A stretch of DNA of 64,000 nt from the IMG/VR virus record IMGVR_UViG_3300025597_000012; one strand, written 5' to 3'. The notes under the pieces are model-generated. The model had not been told where the DNA came from and ran no database searches. It was given only the letters and a program-made list of their open reading frames with translations. Shown piece after piece: positions 10,901 through 18,651 of this stretch. Position numbers and translations under genes: made by a program. This DNA comes from a virus. The number at the start of each line of letters is the position of its first letter. Within the stretch, counting starts at the first letter, position 1.

Positions 10901-13858
10901 CGTTCTTATTTGAACATAAGTAATATCTCCATCATCATTAGTAAATGTAAATTCTTCTACTTTAGACGCATCTTTATCTTTATATTCATTTAATTCTTCC
11001 TGTCTTCTTTTTTCTATATCAGCTTTCTTAGCTTCTATATCAGTAGCTTTATTTTTATTTTCAGCTCTTTGAGCTTGTGCTTTCTTAGTTACTTCTGCTT
11101 TTACTTTAGAAGAAACTTTACCTTTTACTTCTTTACCGTTTTTATCAACGGCTGTAACTTCCCCATTAGGTTTAACTATATAAGTCTTACCTTCATTTTT
11201 TACAAGTACGTCTTTAGTTTCTTTCTTAGTTTCAGCAGGTTTAGCCTCAGTAGCTTTAGTAGCTGCTGCAGCTTTAGGAGCTGGTTCATCTACAACGTCT
11301 TCTACATCAGCACCATTAACATCACCGGGTTTAACTTCAGTATCTAAGAAAGGTGATTTATCAAAGTTATCTTCAGCTCTTTGATATTCAGCCATTACAT
11401 CAGCAAAGAATTTATTATATCCGTTCTTATTTGTAAGTTGCTGATAATGATAAATAGCACCATCTGTAGCACTTATAAGTTTAAATCCATCTTGTGCTTT
11501 GTTTAAAATATCATAAGCATCAATAGGATTAATTATTTTTTCATTACTAAAAGTTTTGTTATTAGCATAATAATTTAATAACTCTGTAGCAGTTTTTGTA
11601 TAGTTTCCTTTATAATCATCAGCTAAAGCATCTTTAAGTTCTTCAACTTTTTTATTTAAAAAGTCTCTTTCTTTTGTTTGCTTTTTATATAAATCGGAAT
11701 CCTTATCTTCAACATCTTTTGTTAATTCATCAATCTCTTTAACTCTTTTTTCAAATCTATTTATAGTATCTTGTACACCTTTATCATTAGTTAAATTAAT
11801 TACTTCATCAACATTAGCACCAGTGGATTGAGCTATCTCTGTAGATATTTTAGAAAGTCTTCTTTTATTATCATTAATTTCTGATAAGTTAAGACCTAAC
11901 TGTGTTTTATATTCATCAAATACAAAATAATTATTAGTTCCTTTTTTATAAGGATTAGGGAAAACTTTTTCTACTTTATCAATATTATCTTTAATATCGT
12001 GAGCTTTTTTGATAATATTATCAACAAAAGCATCTGTAGTTTTTTTGTTTTCTTCTGAGAAATTTATACCAAACATATTTTGGAACTCTTCAGGCTTAAG
12101 TTCTTTAAGCATATTAAGTTGTTCCATTCTTAAATCAAAGCGATTAGCTCTGACTCCACTTTCAACAAAGTTAAATAATTGTTGAAATTTAAGATTTTTA
12201 TGTTCAAAAATATCACCTTTAGCTAAAGCTTCATCCATAGAAGACTTAATAGATTGAGCTACTACAGCTTCATCATAAGTATTTCTAAATAAACCAGAAA
12301 GTCTTTGACTATTAAGTAAAGAAACGGCAGAATTAATTATTTGATTTTTTCCACCATCAATACCTTTTCTACGCTCAAGAGCACCTCTACCAACATGAAT
12401 AACAGCACCGCTAAGAATACCTAAGAATACATTCTCAAGACCTTCTCTTGTAGTTAGTACTTCTTTTAATCCTGTTGCTAAAGATTGGGTAAAATTATCA
12501 ACAGTATCAATATCCTTATTAGAGAATTTACGCTTATAATAATCTTCGGCAGTTCTTTGAATTACAAATTGAGAACCTTCTTCAAATCCTTCAGTAAGAC
12601 TTGTAGTTATAGGTCTAGCTATTTTACCTGCTGATTTAAATAAATCAAATTTTGTACTATTCTTTAATGTATTTTCAAATACATCCATAGATGCTTTAGA
12701 TAATGCAATATCCGCATCACTCATTACTTCAGATTGTACTGCTTTTCTAGCTGCATTTGTAGGACTAAATAGTGAACCAAAAATTTGTGAATTTGTAAAA
12801 GTAAGAAGAGCTACGTTAGCAAGCATACCAGCATTACCACCACCTCTTGCATATTCCTTAATCTGTTCTAAATCATAACCAGATGGGTCACGATGATATG
12901 TATTTCTATAATCTTCTGTTAAATTTTTTTCAATATTACGATATGTTTGATTTGCCTCAAATGTACCTTCAGCAATAGCAGAAGTACCTATAGCCAGACC
13001 ATATCTGAATTTATCAACAATATTTTTTGTTTTATTAGCTGCATTTATAGTAGCAAGAAGTTCATCGGCCTTATCTAAAGATTCAATAACAGCAGTTGAA
13101 ACTCTTTTTTCAGCAGTAAAGTATTTTCCTATTTTACCAAAAGCACTCATTATTTGAGAGCTTACTAATGGAACATCACCAACACCTCCAGTTAAAACTC
13201 CAACTACAGCATCTTCAGCAATAGCACCACCAATAGCACCTGCAGTGAAGCCAAGGTTATTTAATAAAGTACTCCAGTTATTAGCAGAACCATTAGTAAA
13301 AGGAATCCAACTAGCAATAGGATGTAACTGATTAGCAGTAGATTGATATGTAGGATGACTTATTTCTAAATTTTCCATCATATCTGCAATAGAATTTGCT
13401 AATTTTCCATTATATGTTTTATCTATATCTCCTGATGATAAAGCATCTAAAGTTTGGGGAACAGCAACAATAGCTTGTGCAAAAGAACCTGTAGTATTAC
13501 CTAAAAATTTTAAAATATTATTTCCCCATGTAGTCCAAGCACTTTGTCTATCACCATATTGAGCTTCTTGATTTGTATTATATGGGTCAAATCCATAAAT
13601 AGGTGACTGATATCTTAGAGTTTGTTCAAGAGGTGTTCTAACAGGCTGATTTATTTCTAAAGAAGATGACCAAGGTGCAGATTCAGTTCTTACTTTATCA
13701 AAGATACTTGATAAGATTTCTTTAGGAGAAGGAGTAACCTGAGCACCCGGAACATTAGGCATAGGCTGAGTATGTAACTCAGGACTAACTAAGTTATTCA
13801 TTCCTGTATTCAGGAAATCCAAGTTTCTGTTATATGTACCATTTGGAACGTCAGGCAT
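1979..13858 (-). CDS. Giant virion/tail protein (3959 aa), probable ejected or tail-associated protein; zincin-type HExxH motif (PLHELAHYWEG, ~6626-6640), low-complexity K/A/E-rich linker, possible ADP-ribosyltransferase-like HGT motif (~8408-8419)
   Basis: Uninterrupted 11.9 kb ORF at the distal end of the structural block. HELAH confirmed by reverse translation of 6626-6640. Crude screen for the crAss-type RNAP DxDGD motif negative. Confidence 0.85.
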   Translation of the reverse strand: MPDVPNGTYNRNLDFLNTGMNNLVSPELHTQPMPNVPGAQVTPSPKEILSSIFDKVRTESAPWSSSLEINQPVRTPLEQTLRYQSPIYGFDPYNTNQEAQYGDRQSAWTTWGNNILKFLGNTTGSFAQAIVAVPQTLDALSSGDIDKTYNGKLANSIADMMENLEISHPTYQSTANQLHPIASWIPFTNGSANNWSTLLNNLGFTAGAIGGAIAEDAVVGVLTGGVGDVPLVSSQIMSAFGKIGKYFTAEKRVSTAVIESLDKADELLATINAANKTKNIVDKFRYGLAIGTSAIAEGTFEANQTYRNIEKNLTEDYRNTYHRDPSGYDLEQIKEYARGGGNAGMLANVALLTFTNSQIFGSLFSPTNAARKAVQSEVMSDADIALSKASMDVFENTLKNSTKFDLFKSAGKIARPITTSLTEGFEEGSQFVIQRTAEDYYKRKFSNKDIDTVDNFTQSLATGLKEVLTTREGLENVFLGILSGAVIHVGRGALERRKGIDGGKNQIINSAVSLLNSQRLSGLFRNTYDEAVVAQSIKSSMDEALAKGDIFEHKNLKFQQLFNFVESGVRANRFDLRMEQLNMLKELKPEEFQNMFGINFSEENKKTTDAFVDNIIKKAHDIKDNIDKVEKVFPNPYKKGTNNYFVFDEYKTQLGLNLSEINDNKRRLSKISTEIAQSTGANVDEVINLTNDKGVQDTINRFEKRVKEIDELTKDVEDKDSDLYKKQTKERDFLNKKVEELKDALADDYKGNYTKTATELLNYYANNKTFSNEKIINPIDAYDILNKAQDGFKLISATDGAIYHYQQLTNKNGYNKFFADVMAEYQRAEDNFDKSPFLDTEVKPGDVNGADVEDVVDEPAPKAAAATKATEAKPAETKKETKDVLVKNEGKTYIVKPNGEVTAVDKNGKEVKGKVSSKVKAEVTKKAQAQRAENKNKATDIEAKKADIEKRRQEELNEYKDKDASKVEEFTFTNDDGDITYVQIRTYPDGKRMAYQGIEKNKYGNVNDNSPFEISKEQTTEDYLKVAYSQTSFGKYSKTGERTGEESSLNAYSKKINAKYDAELATLEENTSKEVQTSAGPVTFIDNTPTHETFDSEDVAEIQEGVKEADKKRKGVKTNSIQMVANPSVLFNKINSVNYQDGQKNNDNLRKVLFSKTPQQIYDGLTATVAESTKGLPHGAYQGFKNIPGVYYTGSHTQIELKFEGETIGFLSDADRLYFKRGEKYTPLIEIAPEEYERITGNEPSTYSDFIQQMTDYKALSEHFYSQFKSGKTEFTNQELKALFDIVTSYGGINYSKSESSSTLLKNLTYKGQKGSAILSFPVVYNKENKQYERSTKPTILNKAELSQDEITDIVTYVANNLKNIQSFDRRYLYVMKMPDSTFRHLVARPSAADEKILNEVYNELKNLPNTLTKAQVDKINSELTEKLYIADSRNRDERRTDLKLTVDTQGNIYLNVFNKTVDPENPIHKRVKVNEIKQAKDFDGMVRAIDEKIRKVSYETKSIDKLNLSLAKQDFKSGILNDAEVTQDQLNNSLSIAAQPDVFKQFSLRVFPLQKGQKAAVKPSAPTEAKQEVKPQPKQEPAAAKAVKQARIEEKKIQTPKEEFISIVRENLTDIKEPYKSGIAGSNDEDVFNAVVSQYIDNPEAGKNIFGKKVSDALVRLIPEAAEAEKRAFETVQVAADKKSMAKVMETLFSLKSTQAKAVSEIYDRVATTWALRNGKTKEDFYKSITFRKTTPESLQGSEDTIWQNPSIEQEKAQIKEAAKKNGTFRKAPNGRPSLLDEDTWLLTKTKAFKNWFGNSKVLDVNGEPMVMFHGTPENWSIFDKTQGRGMGLFLSPEYDFSEDYAMVTRGNNVLSLFVKANKPFDYENKQDLAFLKEHNKTIYSRLTGGEDENGNFYLSEEHNWQVLEDKAFQKLIKDNGYDGYYVKEQGIKNLAVYEADQVKDASGRNATFSTENPDIYYQYSNSAMIANVVKGFELQKAKSFGNLAFQTKNGKATPELAKKINKWLADNGYGNTLKFVYEATHGTVNPFINEGNLLFQNQSVESKLRIPVANILENISKIKNPTNFITDISKGLKVFRDGTEFVTEEEYKNQLISNFGRIVDYIDKETLSQFKQIFNLTDAEIEALNGITQQYDSIKVGLSGLWNRFNNGHGGLDKEATLTNIKIGSFVTRLRSILREFNVTDKDIENNSYEDKIINSPFVRDDNVHYILAEASLYKKLLKVDQTETFRKVQDISKLISNITSDEQKVIEDRLSNSIYNQLKNHLNIEGGTNTRTREDKYKGAIQLYNLVKNNLDSVTEDDFDSITEYLEFKNNIEAKLSEIKEQIKKLKNSEHRFTRLLKPTYSGRPEFSDNDLKRNDTSKIANWTNVQFNQGPKGAIRLLGDSQAIIYSLTNPDVSTPLHELAHYWEGQLTDTERADVLEWAGTEDWSRETSEKFARGFEKYLADGEAPTSTLQKLFDNFKKWLTDIYKGIVGSDIDVTLNDSMKKIYAAMLGEKYETVIKEEVKTEQEEEKKVEEAQAEEPAPVPTKAITRKELSIRTTGDGLVEIKHNGTLINTIDEFDGAWYDEAGDAIGLNKDEAIQSIIDKLNAGNTQEKEITPAQETETQQTEPVEQQTEEQPQPEEERIPEVFTKEDVGSKVMYNGKELTVTEVNEGLDKETPFGTVKGTTFVTITDGTKYGEQIVASDKLTKVAPEIQEETEEPFDEGVLKEIVIPKSYDTDYSENHKTEYGKQNEPFTVSTEDEDNLTVDYVGLKVILEHLKQKYNIPYQVVDVDEDWKGKFENSVAVINLSRVSRDTPFHEYLHPFMAVLKVDNHALYTSLMEEYKALVLENDDIAGEAMSETLKSPLYKGKNKEEIQDEALVNYLGKLGARNFDRTGRFLYDKYHKSGASLARKFFDWFVSVLSGFYGALKANVKGAKAGEQGVAKIKYLPAMNLAEFADLTSSNGMPFDFTERKDLITAVKAFQADATEKTDDQKLIERIKRRLAVLDDTARRRTPSPELLSELIAVRSLLKNYDEFESINQYIYQGIDGLRYASDEFKRISGKLSDKENKLTQKDVKQLHRDLDLVRNLLAMYEDVHGLFGRVAQDLAPEAYKAMQITLAEARNIADYKIKARSIDLTAEWLFPYIEEVNERIKDKYPSYVLTKEQFKNKLYNADEDLSFLQFHLGSVGSNNDPVSAITRTALFDVMEDNHLYEAKLGEEIKIDYAKFLKAKGLANETKSTVEYYKKNFLRKATILQKTEEKDDEGKFKWAYTQKWALHQPYFYDLYTKDKAAFLETLGEMPDAPSENSTAAERALYQNYVDKIFAWEEQNGSLSKPADKYKNAEFDRLYNKDEFFTKMYDTYKEGNDKYGEEERLQFGIVPQVFDKPSQIQDVKTAEGAGNKAKVVGNKVLNFFLPKAEESTTAQNDINLDGSMYKRIKTPYVQSIDDSNVSLVLPETIFKFAGAANLVEMMREVEPNVRTLRMVLEGNAQFKMEARKIIPVTSDRKTIFDRFLKLPSKKTTAERLNKQLLSWLDDVVYGQEELQDTARIFGRAVDLNKLGGNFAFLTALNNMAFNVTAGIGNVSIGNIMTLGESLGAKYYTPADWRKAQGQYFSNFNEFMKDAFNLKKSKITQLGIKYDAIQGEFRDKYGKKFVGNATQRYANADTIFIINHAAEHQIQLVGMLSLMNATKVKTTSGETISLFDAHKINEKGFLRLRDDIIWTAEDERLFTQRLHGVNKILNGNYSKFDKVQLQRTFYGKLMLIYRKFMYNAFRSRYGRQRFDYEIGDEMEGYYRKFFSKVASDIKEMKFNAAANFFNRKGWSADEKYAYNKTMFELSLLVGMGILTIALANASGDDKDKSWLQNTLTLQMLRLRKDIGMYSIFGATDIMQVLQNPSAVILTATRYTDFFTQLVTNPTEVYKRKTGAFDKGDSILKAKLFKAIPIVRQAVNMMQPEEQLQYYRLLNKY

Positions 13859-16488
13859 TATTTATAATTTCTTAATTCTTCTATAAATTGTTCGTGTGTA
13901 AGTCCTTGTTGCGATGCAAGTTTAACTACTTGTTTTGCTTTATTATAAGCATCAGAAGGACTTAAACCATTGGTTGCTGGTATTGTAATTCTATCTACTC
14001 TATTTGTTTTATTACCATTTTCATCTAAATAATAAACTACAGCTTGTGCATAAGAGTTATTATCATTTAAATCTGATGAATTTCTATCTACTATATTTAC
14101 AAAGATAGACATATCTTTATTTCCATAAATAGGTAAATCAGAACTTCTACCGTTTATTTTTACACTATAGTTAAGTGAGTTTTCATAAGGGTCTCTTACA
14201 ATTCCCATTTTAGCAGCTTGACTATCACTAATAAAAGTTTTATATTTAGTTTTTACTGTTTTATCACCATTACCTACTTCAATATCAGATATAACAAAGT
14301 AACGTCCAGTACCATCAGATGCTTTTCCTATCATTGTAGGAGTAATCTTTTTTTCTACTGTTAAATCACTATTGCTAAGTTTAGGAGAATCTCTATAAGG
14401 TTCTGATTTTCCATTTATTAATTCTGTACTTATTAAATTAGATAATTGTCCATCACTAACAAAAGGGTCTTTATTTGAAATAGTTCTTAAACCATAAACA
14501 TCTCTTGTTTTTGTAGTTTTAAGACCTTCATTAATATTTTGTATGACTGTAGTTAAATAATCTCCAAATTCAGAATTTGCATAACCGGGAGTTACAAAAC
14601 CAAGAGCAGCAAGTCCATTTTGAATTATTGAAGCTGCTTCATTTGTGCTTTTTGAACTAAGTTCTGGATGTTTATTAATAAACTCAGTTATTTTTTCTCT
14701 AGCTGCTTCTGGAATGTTAAAATCATCATAAACTTTATTACGAACAGCTTCTACTTTTTTATTGTTAGCTTTGATAACTTCATTGTTCATTAATATCTTC
14801 TCAACATCAGCATCAAAACCATCTATTAAATCGGGAGTTACTGAACCTTTTCCTAAAGCTAAAGCTTCATAGTTCTTATATTGATTAGCAATAAATTGTA
14901 ATTGAGAACTATTTAAATTTGCTAAATGACCATATTGCTGAACTACAGCGTCATGTTTATAAACAGGTTTTCCATCAGGGCCTGTTGTCGTTTCAAACAT
15001 AGCTAAGTCATCTGCTTGTAATCCGGGTTGACCATTAAAATCTTCTATAAACTTCTGATTCTTAAGAAGTCTGGCTGTTCCTTTACCTATAGTTGTTACT
15101 TCTGTAACACCAACTTCAGGGTGTTCACCAACTAGCTTGTTTATAATAGATGCGGATATTTGGTCATTTTCTAGCTTTAATGCTGTATTTTCATCTGTAA
15201 TTTTAGCTAATGTTGGAATAGATGCTTCTTCTGTATTAGGGTCATCTGTTACTAAGTGGTTATCTCCTGTTGGTAAATCAAGTAATTCAATTTCTCCTGT
15301 TATAGGATTAACATGTCTATACTTACCTGCAGCAGCTAACTTAACTTGAAGCTCTCCCTCTTTAATATCAAGCTCTCTATTTTTTAATTCTACTGTTTTA
15401 GCAAAATGTCTATCAGCTTGTTCCATCTTATCAGTGAACATCTTAGCTTGGTCAAATTGTATAGTTCTGTCTGTTCTATTAACTGAGAATCTATTACCTA
15501 ATCCTCTAAAATAATCATCTGCATATAGATTGTAATAGACTTCATCAGGGTTAGATTGAAGTGCTTTACCAAAATTCTGTGAGAATTGTGACTTAGCCGA
15601 GGCAATAGAAGATACTACTTTAGCTTGTTCATCTGCTAATTTATTGTAATTTTTTCTAGCTTGGGGGTCATTAACTGCTTGAGCAGCAAGGTCTTCGTAT
15701 TCTCTTTGAAGTCTTACAGCATCATCAACTTTAGTTTGATATTGTGCTTCTCCTTTTTGCATAAGAGCCTTAGGGTCAGCTCCTCTGTATAAAAACCAAG
15801 CATCTCTTTTCATTTGTTCTCTTTCCTGAGGAAGCATATTATCAGCAGCAATAGCCATTATTCTGTCTGGACTAATTCTTTCACCTGTTTCCTTAGTTAT
15901 GTAATATCCATTTTGCATGATATTAGTAGTAAGGTCAGATTTAATTTTATCAAATAACTTATAGTGAGCATCACGATAAGCTACATAAGGAGTAGCCTCA
16001 GATGGGCCATTATAACTACTTCCAATAGTTTTATCATTCATGTAAGCATTAACACTTTGCATGTCATATGCTTCATTTACTTGGCTATAAAGTTTTGAAA
16101 GTTTAGGGTCTGTTTTAAATTTTTCATAAGAACTCATTAAATTTCTAACTTTCTTTGTTGAAGCAAGTGCAGAAAGAACTTTATTATCAGAATAAATATC
16201 AGAACCTAAACCTTCTACTTGTGCTGTTACACTTTGGTCAGATAAGTCAATTCCACCATATGTATTTAAAGAACTAACAAGATTATTAATCTTACCGTTA
16301 AGATAGTCTCTATCTTCTGTCTTTAATACATCTAAGCTACCAAGTTGGTCTATATCAGATTGTATCTTTTGGCCTGCCTTATCAAACTGTTCTTGCTTGA
16401 TACTCAACACTTTAGAGAAAAGGTTGAGGTCAAGTGGTAGCTCGTAAGGGCTAGACTTAAAAGGTGTACTTAAATAACTTATCGCCAT
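13858..16488 (-). CDS. Large structural (tail) protein, 876 aa
   Basis: Long ORF in the tail gene block; 1-nt start/stop coupling with the neighbouring gene. Confidence 0.7.
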   Translation of the reverse strand: MAISYLSTPFKSSPYELPLDLNLFSKVLSIKQEQFDKAGQKIQSDIDQLGSLDVLKTEDRDYLNGKINNLVSSLNTYGGIDLSDQSVTAQVEGLGSDIYSDNKVLSALASTKKVRNLMSSYEKFKTDPKLSKLYSQVNEAYDMQSVNAYMNDKTIGSSYNGPSEATPYVAYRDAHYKLFDKIKSDLTTNIMQNGYYITKETGERISPDRIMAIAADNMLPQEREQMKRDAWFLYRGADPKALMQKGEAQYQTKVDDAVRLQREYEDLAAQAVNDPQARKNYNKLADEQAKVVSSIASAKSQFSQNFGKALQSNPDEVYYNLYADDYFRGLGNRFSVNRTDRTIQFDQAKMFTDKMEQADRHFAKTVELKNRELDIKEGELQVKLAAAGKYRHVNPITGEIELLDLPTGDNHLVTDDPNTEEASIPTLAKITDENTALKLENDQISASIINKLVGEHPEVGVTEVTTIGKGTARLLKNQKFIEDFNGQPGLQADDLAMFETTTGPDGKPVYKHDAVVQQYGHLANLNSSQLQFIANQYKNYEALALGKGSVTPDLIDGFDADVEKILMNNEVIKANNKKVEAVRNKVYDDFNIPEAAREKITEFINKHPELSSKSTNEAASIIQNGLAALGFVTPGYANSEFGDYLTTVIQNINEGLKTTKTRDVYGLRTISNKDPFVSDGQLSNLISTELINGKSEPYRDSPKLSNSDLTVEKKITPTMIGKASDGTGRYFVISDIEVGNGDKTVKTKYKTFISDSQAAKMGIVRDPYENSLNYSVKINGRSSDLPIYGNKDMSIFVNIVDRNSSDLNDNNSYAQAVVYYLDENGNKTNRVDRITIPATNGLSPSDAYNKAKQVVKLASQQGLTHEQFIEELRNYK

Positions 16489-16563
16489 ATCAAATGTAAG
16501 TTAAGCAAAGGTAGTGATTTTCATTGATTTAATGAAATCTCTAATGGATTGCTGTTAAAATTA

Positions 16564-18651
16564 TTATTTTTTAGGTTTAGCAGAAGCAGCAGCCGTAGGT
16601 ATTCCAAGTGGTCTTCTGAAAATATACTGTCTTCCGTTGAATTGTCCTTGTTGATTAAAGTTCGGGAATAGCTGCATAAGAAGATTTCCTTCTCTATTAA
16701 GTTTTGCATTTTGTGCAAGACGTTGATAAAGCTCATCCCAAGATGTTCTCTTTTGCTTGCTTTGTGCTTCTAAGCTACCAAGTTGCTTACGTTCAAACAA
16801 TTCTCTTGCTTGTTGGTCAGCTTGAGATTGTTGTCCTCTTGCTGTAGCATTATACATTGTTTCTTTATTCTTAATATCTTTATTTACATTCTCATCATTA
16901 CCAAGTATTTGATTATCAAGGGAATACTTGCTTGTAAAGATATTGGCTAGATTAGCATATCCTTGCCCGTTTGCAGGTAAAAGCTTTAATGCAGCATTAA
17001 AAGCAGCCTGACCTGATTGTAACGCAGGTGTAGGATTTTGTCTATTTAATCTTATTTGCGGAACCTCAATAGGATTATACTTTACAGGTATTCTTTGTGA
17101 AGCATCTAATAATCCTTGAAGCGGGCCAGCTACATCATACCAATTAAGAGGTTGATTAAATCTACTATCAGAACTACCATCACCATTTGCAGTATTAGCC
17201 GCAGTTGGTGTACCTTGACCTAAAGAACCACTAGCACCATCAGGATTTCCTGAAGTATTAGCAGCAGATACCCCATTTTCATTTCCTGTAGGTAATGTAG
17301 GAATTGGTGAATCTGGCATATACCAGTTATAATTTGGATTATTATCCGGTGTTAATTGAGGGCCAACACCAAGTCCATTACCCTGATTACCATGAGAGTA
17401 AACAGTAACATTACCTAATGTTTTTGACTTTGCTAAATTTCCAGTAGGTTCATCTGAACCAGCAGGAATATGATACCATTTACCATTAATATATTGCCAG
17501 TCATTAGGATTAAAATTAGGGTTTCTTCTATTAGGTCTCCAGTTATGACCTACACCAACTTGTGCTTTTGATACTTTATATTTACCACCGCATTTAGCTT
17601 TAGGTTGCTCTATACCAGCCATTTGTTTTATAAACTCTTGATGGTCAAATAGTTTATCAAAAAGTTCACCTTCTGTTGGTACAGTTTGGAGATGTTGTAA
17701 ATTCATATCCATTGAATTTTGTGCAAACTTATTGTTAGGAGTTTGTGTAAGTGATTTTACATTACTCTTTAACTTAGCTTGTAATTTATTTATATGTTTA
17801 TTATTTTTTTCAAGAGCTAATTCTAGAGCTTTTGAGTGTGAAACTTCTTTACCCGGATTATGACCAGTAAGAAGTTCTGCCATCATAGGACTAAGTTTAA
17901 GATGTTGAGAATCAGTATCTTTTCTCATAGTGCTTGTATTTTCAAGTACTCTTGATACATCTTGTAAAAGCTCTCCTCCTTGTTCATGTGTATTACCATT
18001 GTCTGAAACCTTCTTTATTTGCCCTGTAGCTTCCTGAAATACTTCACCCTTCTCTGCCTCTACATTAGGATTATCATCCTTAGAAACGCCTTTAACGGCC
18101 TCTAGACCATACTCAGCTTTCTTTGGCATTTTAGAATCAATCATTTTTCTTGCAGCTTCTGGACTTTTACCTCTTGCAACAAGTCTAAGAAAGGCAGCCT
18201 GTCTTGATGTAATTTTATGACCATATACAGTTCCTTGATTAAGTAAAGCGGATGCCTCACCTTTATCTAAAGCTCCACCGTTTTTAGCATACATAGGTAA
18301 ATCACCAATACCATCTTCTTGTCCACTTTCATAACTAGGTGATTGTAAAGCTTTTAGGTATTGTTCTTGCTCTTGTTTTCTATTTTTAATTTCTTGTATA
18401 TCATTTGCTGTCTTAGTTATAATTCTAGCAGCAGGATTGATTATATTAAACGGATTATTATTTCCAATATTTCCTATACCATTAGCAAGAGAAATAATGT
18501 CATCAATACCGCCACTGCCAGCAAGACTTAAACTATTCAAATCATAACGCCCTGTATTACGTACATCTATTCTTTTATCGGAAATAGAAGGAATAGGTAT
18601 ATCTTTATATAAACCAACTTGAGCTTTTTTTACTGTATATTTTTTAGCCAT
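16564..18651 (-). CDS. Structural protein, 695 aa, Gly/Asn/Pro-rich (possible fibre or baseplate component)
   Basis: Long ORF. N-terminal MAKKYTVKKAQVG motif is repeated internally (GGKYKVSKAQVG) and resembles the N-terminus of the adjacent 424-aa protein. Confidence 0.7.
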   Translation of the reverse strand: MAKKYTVKKAQVGLYKDIPIPSISDKRIDVRNTGRYDLNSLSLAGSGGIDDIISLANGIGNIGNNNPFNIINPAARIITKTANDIQEIKNRKQEQEQYLKALQSPSYESGQEDGIGDLPMYAKNGGALDKGEASALLNQGTVYGHKITSRQAAFLRLVARGKSPEAARKMIDSKMPKKAEYGLEAVKGVSKDDNPNVEAEKGEVFQEATGQIKKVSDNGNTHEQGGELLQDVSRVLENTSTMRKDTDSQHLKLSPMMAELLTGHNPGKEVSHSKALELALEKNNKHINKLQAKLKSNVKSLTQTPNNKFAQNSMDMNLQHLQTVPTEGELFDKLFDHQEFIKQMAGIEQPKAKCGGKYKVSKAQVGVGHNWRPNRRNPNFNPNDWQYINGKWYHIPAGSDEPTGNLAKSKTLGNVTVYSHGNQGNGLGVGPQLTPDNNPNYNWYMPDSPIPTLPTGNENGVSAANTSGNPDGASGSLGQGTPTAANTANGDGSSDSRFNQPLNWYDVAGPLQGLLDASQRIPVKYNPIEVPQIRLNRQNPTPALQSGQAAFNAALKLLPANGQGYANLANIFTSKYSLDNQILGNDENVNKDIKNKETMYNATARGQQSQADQQARELFERKQLGSLEAQSKQKRTSWDELYQRLAQNAKLNREGNLLMQLFPNFNQQGQFNGRQYIFRRPLGIPTAAASAKPKK

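Noticed and set aside
5798-11347. Short plus-strand ORFs inside the giant gene (5798-6082, 6177-6380, 7778-8053, 8825-9022, 9704-9901, 10805-10993, 11069-11347)
   Set aside because: Low-complexity F/I/S-rich translations lying entirely inside an intact 11.9-kb minus-strand ORF; antisense artefacts.
1979-13858. crAss-like virion RNA polymerase identity for the giant protein
   Set aside because: I looked for the DxDGD double-psi beta-barrel catalytic motif and found only NDDGD, which does not fit. It is therefore called as a zincin-containing virion protein.
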